NCBI RefSeq assembly: GCF_000143415.4
Contig: NW_003314325.1
Location: forward strand, 1,024,086 to 1,088,085
Reading direction: 5' to 3'
DNA length: 64,000 nucleotides
Source of the DNA: Selaginella moellendorffii
Lineage: Eukaryota > Plantae > Lycopodiophyta
Position 1 is the stretch's first letter, and every line of letters starts with the position of its first letter. A program made the position numbers and the translations under genes. The notes under the pieces are model-generated. The model ran no database searches and was not told where the DNA came from. It saw only the letters and a list, made by a program, of their open reading frames with translations. Below, piece after piece: positions 13,001 through 25,279 of the stretch.

Positions 13001-13990
13001 CCAATATTTATTGCAAGGCCATTATGTTTGAATAAGCTGTATATATCCGGGTTGACATACTTGGATGCTGTGCGGACAAGGTTCGTCTACTGCAAACGGC
13101 AAAAAGGGATTTCTCTGATCAAGTCACAAGGGCCTAGCCACTTGAGTGCCTCAAGTGTTTGGTGAACTGCTTTTTCCCTTGTCCACATAACAGTCTCTTG
13201 GAAGCGCTTGTCCACCACATTGTCAGGAAGGTCTGCAACTCTTTCAACTCCAAGCTGTTCCTCAGGTTCCCTATTGTGAACACCACTAGATTACCCAACT
13301 TCAGGGATTTGCGTTGGTGGTGGTGGCAGTGGTGGCGGTAGAGGCAATAGTGGCAGTGGTGGTGGCAATGGCGATGGCGGTGGTGGAGGTGGTGATGGAG
13401 GTGGTGGAGGTGGCGATGGCGGTGGTGGAGGTGGTGATGGTGGAGGTGGAGGTGATGGTGGTGGAGGTGGTGAATCTCTAACTAAATGTGTCTCTGTTGT
13501 GCAAATGGATATGTCGATCGTGATGTCGTCGTCAGTGCCGAATTGAACTTCTCGTGTCTTCTTGGCTCCAACAACCTTTTTATGTGTTACAATTTTCCTT
13601 TTTTGCAAGAGAAAAAATTTTGTTAGTCAAACTAAATAAAGATAATGAGAAATTCAAACAGTCAAAGAGAAAAAAAAATCAAGTGGGCCTAGACTCCACC
13701 TCGGGCACTTTTGTTGCCCAGTGGGCCGAGGTTATTCAAATAACCTCGGCCCCTCGGGTGGCCAAACTACCCGAGGTCGAGCTCGGGTAGCTTGGCCACT
13801 CGAGAGGCCAAGGTTATTTGAATAATCTCAGCCCCTTGACGAGCAAAACTCCCCGAGGTCAAGCTCGGGCCGGCCACCTCAGGCAACAAAAAAGCAATCA
13901 AGAAATAAAAAGGGAAGCAATGGAATGGAAGCAATGGAATCAAAAAATGGAAGTGGAAGCAATCAAATCGAAACTCACCCTTGGTGGCAT
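10029..13990 (-). pseudogene. Multi-exon gene: NLS + Pro-rich + ParB/Srx-like domain + beta-class N6-adenine/N4-cytosine DNA methyltransferase-like domain
   Basis: Micro-exon ATGCCACCAAGG|GTGAG (13990-13979) giving MPPR-KRK; FQIIDGNHRYGAW (12670-12999 ORF); ADFILFDFP(x)G at ~10921-10953 with a 1-nt frameshift; FQTPSAMQVLLELYCPPDGVVIDCTGGSGSMVEAARDSGKLVFAIE (10254-10613 ORF); short AT-rich introns between exons. Confidence 0.75.
13723..13834. repeat. Nested palindromes in intron 1 of the ParB-MTase gene (copy B)
   Basis: Perfect 14-bp-arm palindrome at 13723-13752 and a degenerate second copy at ~13805-13834; the whole block is a ~110-bp inverted repeat. Confidence 0.85.
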
Positions 13991-14029
13991 CTTTCCTCCC
14001 AAGATTTCTTCATTGTGCTGAATTTCTTG

Positions 14030-14312
14030 TGCGCTCAATCTTTCCCGCTCACACACTCAATCTCTCCCGCTCGTGCACTCAATCTCTGCCGCTCACGCAC
14101 TCAATCTCTCCTGCTCGCGCGCTAAATCTCTCTGGCTCGCATGCTCAAACTCTCCCACTCGCGCGCTCAATCTCTCCCGCTCATGCGCTCGATCTCTCGA
14201 TCTCTTGCATGTTGAATTGCTCAATCTCCTTCGCACTCAATCCTTCGATCTCCTTCGCGCTCAATCCTTCGATCTCCTTCGTGCTCAATCTCTCGATCTC
14301 TCGCGTGCTCCA
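14030..14312. repeat. CT-rich ~20-bp tandem repeats (gcgctcaatctctcccgct-like) upstream of the ParB-MTase ATG
   Basis: Visible tandem array; counterpart at ~1700-1910. Confidence 0.75.
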
Positions 14313-15179
14313 ATCATGGTGCGAACAATAACCTAATCTTGGAAGCTACCCTAACCCTAATCCTAAAGGCTGCCCTAACCCTAACCAATCTCTAATCCTG
14401 GCCGTTCATTCCGAATAACCTAAATCTCAACCATCATTGATCTTATTTTATCTTATCATTATTATTATATGTAAATTATGCTTCTTTATTTTGTATATTT
14501 TAATGATGGTATAACTAGCACCTATCAACATTTCTATTATTAGAGATATGATATTATATTTTACAAATTATCTAGAAAGGATGCATTCTCATCAATATTT
14601 TGGAATCATTACAAGAACTTTAAAGAGTATAAATAAGGCATGTTAAAATATGTTGTACTATATCCATCTATGAATGGATGAATCCTCATCCAAAAATTTA
14701 TTTTGTGTTGTATTAGATCCTAAACAATAGGCACGTGCTTTAAATGTCATTGAGTAGTGTTCACAATTATGGATAAAACTTAAGTTGTACTACGAATCAA
14801 ATCTGTCATTGAAGAATAAGATTTGACAAGATTTATTATCATCTACCACTTAAAATTTGACAACTTGACATATCACATATGCTGATAGTTAGATTGGATC
14901 TTTTGGTTTGACACGTTATAGCAGAATGTCATTACTGGTATCATTATTAACTATCAAACTTCACGTGCTGAAAATCTTTCCTTGGATCTATGTGTATACA
15001 TGCATTAGACATCATAATAGATGATAGTAACATTAATACTGTCACACTTACACATGTTAAATTTTCTATAGAATTTAAATTCATTTTGTACGTTGTCTTC
15101 TTCTACTCTATTTAAATTTCAATTATGTTTCACTATAGATTTTTACAAATAGCATAAAGAGAGAGAACTCCAAAACCTA

Positions 15180-17860
15180 TTGAGAAGGATGGAGAGGTTT
15201 CTTCTTCATTTTTGAGATCACCCACCTCTTTCATTCTCTCAGAATATTGTTTTTGAAAGTTTTTTATGTCGGCGTTTTGATCTTCGTCTTGGCTCTATTT
15301 CTTTAGAGGTTGTGATCCGCAACGACACCAGTATAGTTGCATACTCGAAGTTTCTTCTTTCTGGTGTGGGCAAGGGTGGACAACAATGGGATTTACAAAA
15401 TTCCAAGTCGAAGGAGATTTGAGTGTTTGGATCTCCAGTCAAAATGCCAAAATGCGCTCCAGCCATAGTGAATGTGAAGCAAGAGTTAGTCGTTATCCTC
15501 TCGTCCTCTTCTAGTTCAAGTGGAGATGTCATGCTAGTGTCGGCGCCAAATTCACTAGCTCCAGCTCTAGCTTCAGCTCCAACTTCAACAATATTTAAAG
15601 CCGTTAGCAATGCTTTCCAATTTTCACACCTCTCAATCAACATGCACTTGTTTTTGTATAATCTTGTGAGTGAGCTTCCATCCTCCTATAACGGCAACAT
15701 TTTCTTCGAGCTACCACCTCTTGTCAGCAGCACAGGTTCCAAACTGAAGGGGATGGAAACAAAGCAGGATGTCCACAATTGGTGCAAGATCAAGACCACA
15801 CACTTCCAACATTTTGAAGGCACAGTGTCTATAGTTCATTGTGGCGGGCATTTAGATTGTGTGGATGAAGCATGTAATCAATACTGCTCTAGAAACTCTA
15901 TATTTTTCGAAGGGTCTGCAGTCAATCCTCCAGCCTGTGACACCATTGCTGTTGGATTCAAATGTCAATTCTGCAAAAATGCTCCTCTATATCGTGCTAT
16001 TTGTGAGGCCAAGATGTACTACTTTCTTCCATGGGATGGAGTGGCTGGAAGAGCTATAATGCATGTTGGCACACATATGCATCTAATGTAGGAAGGGATA
16101 CAAAGGAGTTCTCTCAACCGTTTCAAAGATGCTGTACAGGAAGAGACTATGAAAAACTCATCTGCAACTCCGAAGCATGTTCAGAAGACAGTCCTCAAGG
16201 ATTTTATTGCAAATACCTTACTCAATCCAGGTTGCCAAAAGACTCAACTAAACGAGGTTACCTTGCGGGACTTACTATGAGGAGTACAACCTACTACTAG
16301 CCTAAGAAGGTACATTCGTTATTTTTCATACATTATAATAATAATTTTTTCTTACATTATATTGTTTAGGATAAAATCTTGGATGTGTGAATCTCGAGAA
16401 GGGAAGTTGCAATCAAAAATTGACTCCATCCTTGAATTGAAACGGACCTGTCTATACGAGTTCATCCATGGAAGTTTGTTTCCAGACCAAGTTGTGAATG
16501 AGCAAGAGCGCCCCTTCGTCTTCAAAATGTCTACCATGGGCCCTGCCTCTAGTGTAGATCTTGTCTCCCGAATAGACATGTTTGGGTCCAATGACCTTGC
16601 AAATGCATGGGTACATTTTAACCATATGGAGCGTGTATCCGATTGGACAACCATGGGAGCTCATGTGTATGATCCAAGGTAATTTTTATTCTCATTATAT
16701 TGAAATTGTTATAATATTTATGTTTTCATAGGCTACGTTGTAACTTAACAATTGCGACAGTAGAGTTTAAAGTACAAGACCAGACAGCACAGGAAATATT
16801 TTGGAAGTCCCTCTCTAATATTGTCCCAAAGCGGATTGGTAAGCCTGCAAACTTTCGTGGTTTCATGGCAGATGAGGCTAGTGCAAACTGGAATGGTATC
16901 CGAGCAATTTTTGAGAATTGTGAACCATTCGAAGGTCGTGAGAGGACCTGTGAGTTCCATTGGGCTCAAAGCCTAAACCAGCACTGCCACTTTATCAAGC
17001 CAGAGTTTCAATCAATATTTAAGGAGTTGTGCAAACAATGGCAGGTTGCACCTTCTGAAGAAGAGCATGAGGCAAAAGCAAATGAGATCTGAATGTGGTG
17101 GCGTGAAGATGGCCATACAGACGTAAGTTGCCTACCACAACTTGAGCCATGGTTAGGATGGTGGGAAGTTAGGATGTTCCAGTGGGGACATCACTCTTTT
17201 CATGTTAGTTTATATTTTTTCTTCTCCTTTTATTGCCTCTTAATATTGCCTTTTCCATTAGGATCAACCACTTGAGGACCTCGCATACACCCCAACTGTG
17301 AATCTCTCTGAAAGTAAGTATTAGAGTTGGCGTTCCTCTGAGGCAGGGAAAGGGAAGATGAGTCTATACGAAACTTGTCTATCAGATTTGATACGTGCTA
17401 TAGAGCAATCTTCAAAAACACTGGCATTCCAGGAAGGAAGATACATGGGAACAGGGCCTTCTATTGAGATGTTACATGATAAGATGAAGAGAAAATTAAC
17501 TCCACCCGCTCGAACAGTGGCAACTGCAGTTGAGGAAGTGGTCCGTGGAACATTTATGAAGTACACTCCCTAAGCTTCTATTGGTGATATGAAGACTGTC
17601 CGTTCAAAGCATCGTTTTTCCTTTGCTGGGGAAGATATTGGTACGGACCTTGGAGCAAAAAGCTCTCACAGGCCTGATGTCGAATACCATTCTGCTCCAA
17701 GACACCACTCTCAAACTGAGCCACCTCAAGTGGCTGATGAAGAGAGTGCATCGCAATAGGTTGAAATTGCTTACTGTAGCGTGGAGCCGAAGCAATGGGA
17801 AATTCAACGCGTGCCAGCAAAATCAAATGTAAGGTGTGTGGGGATGCTTCCGAGGGGCAA
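15180..17860 (+). pseudogene. MULE DDE transposase with GCM-like Zn domain (5' part, copy B)
   Basis: WCKIKTT..CGGHLDC..C..CQFC..CEAK..HVGTH; WVHF(N/D)H..; GFMADEASAN..CEFHWAQSL (Mutator CxxH); GT-AG introns at ~16310-16369, 16679-16731 and 17204-17261. Confidence 0.8.
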
Positions 17861-19505
17861 TGTAAGCAACTAATTTTTCCATTCTACTTTAGTCACTTAA
17901 CCACACCTCCGACCACTTGGAGGAGTCTCATTCACAACCTCCATAAGTCCAATCTAGGACTTGGGACTTGCTAGCCCCAAGAATGGCATCCATGCCACTC
18001 AACCCTTGCACTTGGTCCAAGTGCTCCACGTGTCCGATCCCATGCCCAACACTCAAAGGTACCACTGACATAGCAACCTATTACGCTAAGGCCATGCCCA
18101 TTCACCTTGGTCACACTGGTGGTCCGACACCACCTCCATCACAGTCCCATCTCTCAAGGATTGAGCCGTTTGTTCATGAGTGATCATCCCAGATCCACTC
18201 CTTAGCATCCTTAGGATGCCCATAGACATGGGGAATAGCCTTTCCCAATATCCCCTTTTTGGTCTCCACCAAGTCCCTTTCTACCCATGGCCGTGTTTGC
18301 CAACACTGCCACTGGATCAAGGCTCACAGGCCCGATCACTAAGTCCCACGGTCCTCTGGGACTTCCTCACCACTCGACTGTATCTTTGGTCACTACACTA
18401 GAGGACTACTCCTCTTCCTTTCCACAGTCTGGGCCCTTTCGACAACATTTCGGAACACCGTGGCCCTACACGGGCCTCATGGGTACTCTCCCTGCCTTCC
18501 GCCTTTGGGTGCTCTAGCCATGGGCTTAGAGTGAGGTTCTGTTGAGCCACGCCAGGTATCCAAGTAGGTAGTGCCACCCACACTTGGACTGGGAGCATCG
18601 GCCAGTCGATCTCCCGGGGGAACTAGAGCTAGCTCTTGAACACTTCACCAAGCTACCCCGCTTGTCAGTCTGTATTCACTCTAGTCTTGAACTTCCTAGT
18701 GGTCAGTTCATCACCCAACACTGGGCATGGCCTTCCTGGGCCAAACTGGCCTTTCCTGGGCCAAACTAGCTCCACTGGGCTCCAACCCCCACACTCTCCC
18801 TACTATACTTTTGGAACCCCCCGCAGCGCCCCCCCCCCCTGGGGGACGATCGCTTTGGGCTTTCACCCAACTGCCTATATTAGTATTCGGACTCGGACTT
18901 GGACTCGGACTCAGACTTGGGCTAGGTCTCGACCTTGGCCTCGGTATCGGTATCGGTCTCGGTCTCGGTCTCGGTCTCGGTCCCAGTCTCGGTCTCGACC
19001 TCAGACTCCATCTCGGGTCCTTCTCGAACTCCATCTCGGATTCCATCTCGGGTCCATCTCGGAATCCATCTTGGACTCCGTCTCGGTCCATCTGAAACTC
19101 CATCTCGGACTCCGTCTTGGTCCATCTCGGAATCCACCTCGGAATCCATCTCGGACTCCACCTCGGACTCCAACTCGGGTCCATCTCGGACTCCACCTCG
19201 GACTCCATCTCGGACTCCATCTCAGACTCCAACTCAGGTCCATCTCAGACTCCATCTTGGTCCATCTCGGACTCCTCCATGTGTCATGTGTTGGTCCTTT
19301 TTGGGTCCCTTTTTGGAGCCTTGCTTATTGGTTTCCTCGTGCTCGCTCCTCAAGCACTTTGTTGGGAGTTCCACTCCCGCTCTCGACCTTCCAAATCAGA
19401 GCTTTTAGTCCAAACGTGTTATGCTCGTTTGGCTTTCGCTTCGGCCACTACCACGTGGCACCCTTCCTGGTTCCACTTTGGGGCCTAGGGATTTTGTGTC
19501 TCACA
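17861..19505 (-). repeat. 3' LTR of the outer element (contains GGTCTC and GGACTCCATCTC tandem arrays at ~18890-19276)
   Basis: High identity to 38950-39929 + 40416-41070. Confidence 0.9.
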
Positions 19506-20975
19506 ACTCCACCACCCATAGACGAAGTTGGATGTCCTCATCAAACGGTAAACCCTTTTATAAAGTAACACCCGTAGCTATTACCATTTCCATCCTTGGC
19601 ACCTAGCCAATATTTGTCTATGGTTTGACCCCGAAAGCTCACCATGCCTTGTCCATCCTCTAAGGAGCATAGTCTCTCCAACCTAGAGACTCACTTGACC
19701 ACCTGGGGTAGTTTGCTCCCTTTTATTGGTTCAGTTCTCGCTATACCTGTTAGAGACACCCTCTCTAACTCAATTCCACTACTCATTCTTGAGTAGTCTT
19801 AGATTCCATTGACCTAACCTTTGCACTTTAGAACTTTTAATTTTGACTTCTCAGAGTCAATTTCCTAGGTGTTTCCGACACCTTACGTTGCACATGGTGC
19901 AACTCCACTTCCCTATCCTAGGAAGTTCTTTACTTGAGGGTACTATCATCCTCTCTTAAACATCGTGCCACCTTTGGCACTAAGTTTTAGTTATCATAAT
20001 TGGTATTAGGGCTGCCCCACGGCCCTACTATTTGGCTACTTTACCGCTCCCCCCTTTGGAGCAACCACTTTCGCCAAATCGGAGCGGTTGGGAATCCATC
20101 CTTGGGGAAACATTGCCTTTCCCACAATCCGTTAGCACCCAACACATTAGTGTTCTCGGCTTAACTTTGCCATTTGGATTCTTTCCTATGATTCCCATGG
20201 CTTTTTTCTTAGCCACTAGTCTTTTGTTTTTATCCATTGATTGTTGCACTAAGCAACATAGGATCATTACCTCCATTCTCGAGGTATCCTTTTGGTTCCA
20301 TGGCAAAGGCTCTACTTTGCTAAGTCCAGCGGGTGCTCACCCCTAGTAGGTCTCTTTAGCAATTTCTGCTACGGGCTTCATCCTCGGCCCAACTTTGCGA
20401 CCCTCCTATGGGTCTCTCCCCGAGACTACTTTCTTGGACTTACTATACCATCGTATTGGCACAACTGATTTCCCTTTAGGTGTCCTTCCCACTTGGTCAC
20501 CTTGACCAAGCCACACCATTATCGAAAGTTCAAATCAACACTTTGAACTGGGAATCATATTCCTTAACCCAAACAAAGACCTTGTCTTTGTTTAACCACA
20601 AGATCACCTAGTGATCTCATCTTGACCCCTTAACAGGTCTACCAATAGGAACTAAGTTTTCCAGACCCTTTTAAATCGTTGACTATAACCCCAGGGGCAT
20701 CCCCCACACTTGGCGGTGTGCCCAAGCAAGCCCTTCCGGCCAAGGATTCATAGCAACTAAAACTGGGTGTCCCCATCTCATTCACCACGTCCTTGGTGCC
20801 TTTTGCACCAAAGTGTTCAAATTAGATATGCTGAGTTTTCACTCTAAGCAATCTAACCATGCATCACAACTCCGAGGCATCCCTCGCTTAGCGGTGTGCC
20901 CAAACCAGTCTCCTCACTAAGAGTCCATGACCACCGAAATATGAGTGTCTTCATATTCTAAACCATCACCACACC

Positions 20976-21030
20976 CTAGTGATTTGGGACTCGAACCCAA
21001 GCACTAGAGGGTTGGGACTCGAACCCAACC
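20976..21030 (-). other. Tandem tRNA T-arm/B-box-like hairpins in the 3' region of the outer element
   Basis: GGGTTCGAGTCCC twice on the minus strand, each within a stem; homolog at 25058-25125. Confidence 0.6.
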
Positions 21031-23024
21031 TTTGTATATGCATCTATAGACGGCATCACCCTAGATGCCTGGTGTGACTCCCCACGCCGGTGCACCAACT
21101 TATACTTAAAGCACGCTATAGATCACAGCTTAGGAACCAAGTTCCTCCACACTGCCAAGTCCTCTCACTTGACATGTCTGTGATCATGCATGGACTCCTC
21201 CACGCTTGGCACCATGGCCCCCTTTATGAAGTTATCACCTTCAATTAGGGTATTTGTTCCCCCGACTTGCCAATCTCGCTTGGCAAGTCCTCCGACCACC
21301 ATAACATGGTTCCTGCATAAGCGTAAAAGTTCTTGACCATCGACTTTCGTTCAAAGCCTTCTCTTTGAACACTCGGGAACTACTTCCCTAACCTTGATAG
21401 CCTTGCCTCCTGGCAAGCTTCAAGACCACGCTTCTGTTGCGCCACTCTGGTTTCGCGCGTTCCATGAACCATTTACACTTTGGCCTTTCTAGGTACTAAG
21501 CTACCTAGAATTGTCTTTGGGAACCTTGAAGGGACTCTATCCCTTAGCTTGCCTAGGCCTTCTTTTTCGCAAACTTTCTAGTTGCCATATAGTCTAACAT
21601 GGACAATTCCATATTTTAGACTCTCCATGGCATCAAGGTTGCTAGTAACAACATCCTCGAGCCCCCACTTGATTCTCCACTCCCAACTGGCATAACCAAC
21701 CTTAGTCATGCCCTTCAATTCCTACGGTTCGGTTCTATCCCCTTACTACTTGTTTTTGGCTTCACACCTTTCCTTCGGTCATTCTCCTCCAGACTAGGAG
21801 GATAGCTTTGCACTTTCTATCATGCCTTAGCAAGTATTCTTAGGGATGAACCTACTTGATAGCCTAGGGAGTGGTTCCTCAATCTAGATATGCTCACCTT
21901 ATAATCCCACACACCAGGATTAACATTGCTACTCATGTGCCTTCACTATCCTTGCCAAAATTCCATTTTTGGCTTTGTCCAATTCGGGTAGATAGTCTTC
22001 TCCCATCTTCGCAACTTTGGACATTTGGATAGCACTTTCTATCCATCATTCGCTAGGGACTTAGTCCCTTGGGCCTTATCTATTGCCCTCGCGACACACC
22101 ACCTCCTGGTGTTCCAAAGTGTTTGGGTGTCACAATGATGGTCTCCTTGACAATGAGCATTTCCTTTTATGACATTAACTCACTATATCGCAACATAAGC
22201 AATTTATCCCCTATAAGGGTATATCTAACTTCCTTAGAAGCCTTAGGTAGTTACCTTCTACCAATTTAACCAATTATTTCGCACCTTTTGCTTAGTTGCC
22301 TCATAGTTATCCAAGTCCTACAACTCATTGCTGGTGCTTCCACACCTCCATCATTATTTAGGTCACCACACTCTAACCGCATGCCTTCCAGCTTAGGCTA
22401 TGCCATTCCCATTTCCATTGGGATTCCTTTGGAAGGGGTTCTCATGAACCCGCCAACTTAACCTCAAGGTATAACACTTTGGCACATTTGGTGTCTTCAC
22501 ACTACCGGCTCGTGTCTAGGTCTTTTGCCAAGACTAACACAGTCATTTCTCATGCCAACTATCCGTTGGCACTTCATCACAGTGTTCTCACACAACTCTA
22601 CACCAAAGTTGCTTTCTTTTGGGAACACCTTTCCCACGACTTTAGTATGGCACATTCTGCCATCGAGGAGATACCCTCTGTTCTCAATTTTGGATCCTAT
22701 GATCCCCCCATCCTTCGTGGGGTATAACACACCTCAGTCCAAATGTTTCTATCAATCCTTTAGGATTATTCTTTGACTCCATTTGAGTCATCCAGCTTTT
22801 TGGACTTTGTCATCTGACGACCCGTGAGGTTCTACCTTTGAGGTGCTAGCTCACTAAAATACAACTTCTTGTATTCAAGTCTTACTCATAAGGACCATCT
22901 TTGCAAGTGTTACTCCGACACTTGATTTGTTCTCTTGGGGCAACCTTTTGCCCCTTACGACCACTTGTCCATGTGATGAGAATACCAACTCATCCTCTAA
23001 GTACATCCTCAACTCCTTAGGTTG

Positions 23025-24016
23025 TGTAAGCTCCTGAGTTTGGACTTCCCGGGAGGTCACCCAGCCCAGTACTATTCAAACCCAAGGACGCTTAACTCCA
23101 AATATCCCAAGACCCTTAACCAATTGGAAAAGGGGGTGCACTCTTTTTCATGGGCCCTTTCCCTCTATATTTGAACCCCATGGACCGTCTCTCGAGTCGT
23201 TCCCTTTGGTTGCTTACAATCCACCACGCTTCCCTGCAAGTTCACGCCCTCGTGAACGGAAGCTGAGAGCCGCAGCTCTCCCGAGAGCCCCGCTCTCTTG
23301 ACACCCTACCCCTCGGGTCGAGCCCAGTGGGAGCAAACTGGACCAGCCAGATGTCAATCAACATGTGGTGTGATTCCCTTAGCCAACCAACAGAGTCGGA
23401 CCCGAGACCTCTCTGATACCAAATGTAAGCTCCTGAGTTTGGACTTCCCGGGAGGTCACCCAGCCCAGTACTATTCAAACCCAAGGACGCTTAACTCCAA
23501 ATATCCCAAGACCCTTAACCAATTGGAAAAGGGGGTGCACTCTTGTTCATGGGCCCTTTCCCTCTATATTTGAACCCCATGGACCGTCTCTCGAGTCGTT
23601 CCCTTTGGTTGCTTACAATCCACCACGCTTCCCTGCAAGTTCACGCCCTCGTGAACGGAAGCTGAGAGCCGCAGCTCTCCCGAGAGCCCCGCTCTCTTGA
23701 CACCCTACCCCTCGGGTCGAGCCCAGTGGGAGCAAACTGGACCAGCCAGATGTCAATCAACATGTGGTGTGATTCCCTTAGCCAACCAACAGAGTCGGAC
23801 CCGAGACCTCTCTGATACCAAATGTAAGCTCCTGAGTTTGGACTTCCCGGGAGGTCACCCAGCCCAGTACTATTCAAACCCAAGGACGCTTAACTCCAAA
23901 TATCCCAAGACCCTTAACCAATTGGAAAAGGGGGTGCACTCTTTTTCATGGGCCCTTTCCCTCTATATTTGAACCCCATGGACCGTCTCTCGAGTCGTTC
24001 CCTTTGGTTGCTTACA
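23025..24016 (-). repeat. TRIM-like tandem array of 399-bp units (LTR-A + 205-bp internal)
   Basis: Near-identical units starting at 23025 and 23424, closed by LTR 23823-24016; the same unit recurs at 29369-29767. Confidence 0.9.
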
Positions 24017-24020
24017 ATCG

Positions 24021-24602
24021 CCCCACAAAATTATCCGAAGCACCCGTGTCAATAAGGATCTTAACAAAGCTACCTCCGAGCTTCCCTCGGAGGGCTAGTA
24101 GATGTCGCGAACGACTCTCTACCAAAGTTGCTCGTGTAATGAGTAACTTTGAGTTAGGGACTGGATCACATACCTCATTTTGGACTTCGCCCGACTTGAT
24201 GGCCATATTGGCTCTGGCCTTCTTCGGGTAGGGACATTCCCTTGAAAAGTGTCCCGCTTCACCGCAGTTATAGCATACGTTGTTTCCCACGCTGCTATAT
24301 GACTTGACCTTCTTATCCGTGGGTTTGTCTCTTTTCGCTTGACTCCCCCACGTACTTGCTCGCTGGCCACCGGATTTGCCTTTCCGAAATCCCGAGGACT
24401 CATTCTTAGAGAAACTCTTCTTGAATTTCCCCCTGCTATATGTTCCCCTCGGTTTGGCCCCTTTGTGAAATGTGGATCCCGACCCCGTCGTGTTCCCCTT
24501 TCACAGGTTATCGTTGAAATGCACCTTGATGGCCGCATCCAACGCTTCCTTGTAGTTGGTCGGGTTCCAGCGCATCACCTCACCGCGAGCCCAGGTTTGC
24601 AA
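24021..24602 (-). pseudogene. Duplicated gag zinc knuckle/protease N-terminal fragment
   Basis: Near-identical to ~28701-29281 ([21 protein letters not shown]). Confidence 0.9.
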
Positions 24603-25017
24603 ACCGGACCAGCCAGATGTCAATCAACATGTGGTGTGATTCCCTTAGCCAACCAACAGAGTCGGACCCGAGACCTCTCTGATACCAAATGTAAGCTCCT
24701 GAGTTTGGACTTCCTGGGAGGTCACCCAACCCAGTACTATTCAAACCCAAGGACGCTTAACCCCAAGTATCCCAAGACCCTTAACCGATTGGAAAAGGGG
24801 GTGCACTCTTTGTCACTTCGGTCAAGCTTTTGGGGATCCTTTAGCCTACGACATCTCGGGGAGTCGGTTCCTTACAACTCCACCACCCATAGAAGAAGTT
24901 CGATGCCCACATCGAACGTCTCGTTTTATCCTACGACTTGTTGTCCATGTCTCCGGGGGCATCCCCCCACTTAGCGGTGTGCCTAAGTTAGCCTCCCCGG
25001 CCAAGAGCCCATGACAA

Positions 25018-25142
25018 CGGAATATAGGTGTCCCTATATTCCTCACCTCACCACGCCCTAGTATAGGGTCGGGACTTGAACCCAGCCTTGCTTTACTAGG
25101 GGGTTGGGACTCGAACCCAACCTCCGTAGAATACGTCTACGG
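25018..25142 (-). other. Structured RNA module (multiple hairpins, two T-loop/B-box motifs) in the chromovirus 3' UTR
   Basis: Stems GGAATATAGG/CCTATATTCC, CTAGTA/TACTAG, GGTTGGG/CCCAACC, CCGTAGA/TCTACGG. Confidence 0.6.
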
Positions 25143-25279
25143 ATTCGACATCCCCGCAGGGAGTCGGGCGTAGTGCCCTACGCCTGGTCGACCTATCCAA
25201 CCCATGCTAATTAGCTTACCTTTGGCGCACCTTCGGGTCCCAACATATGCCATTTGCTCAACTTTGCAAATTGATATTT

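Noticed and set aside
10029-13990. Bacterial contamination as the source of the ParB/MTase motifs
   Set aside because: The gene has spliceosomal-type introns, an NLS and a poly-Pro tract, and sits in a plant transposon contiguous with plant genes.
18636-19568. Long RS/SR-rich ORFs (also at 40389-41053)
   Set aside because: Produced by stop-free 6- and 12-bp tandem repeats inside the LTRs.
23025-24016. CRISPR-like repeat/spacer array
   Set aside because: Units are 399 bp with identical 'spacers' and LTR/PBS hallmarks, in a eukaryotic context.
25058-25142. tRNA gene
   Set aside because: T-arm-like hairpins only; no acceptor stem, D-arm or anticodon cloverleaf recognisable.
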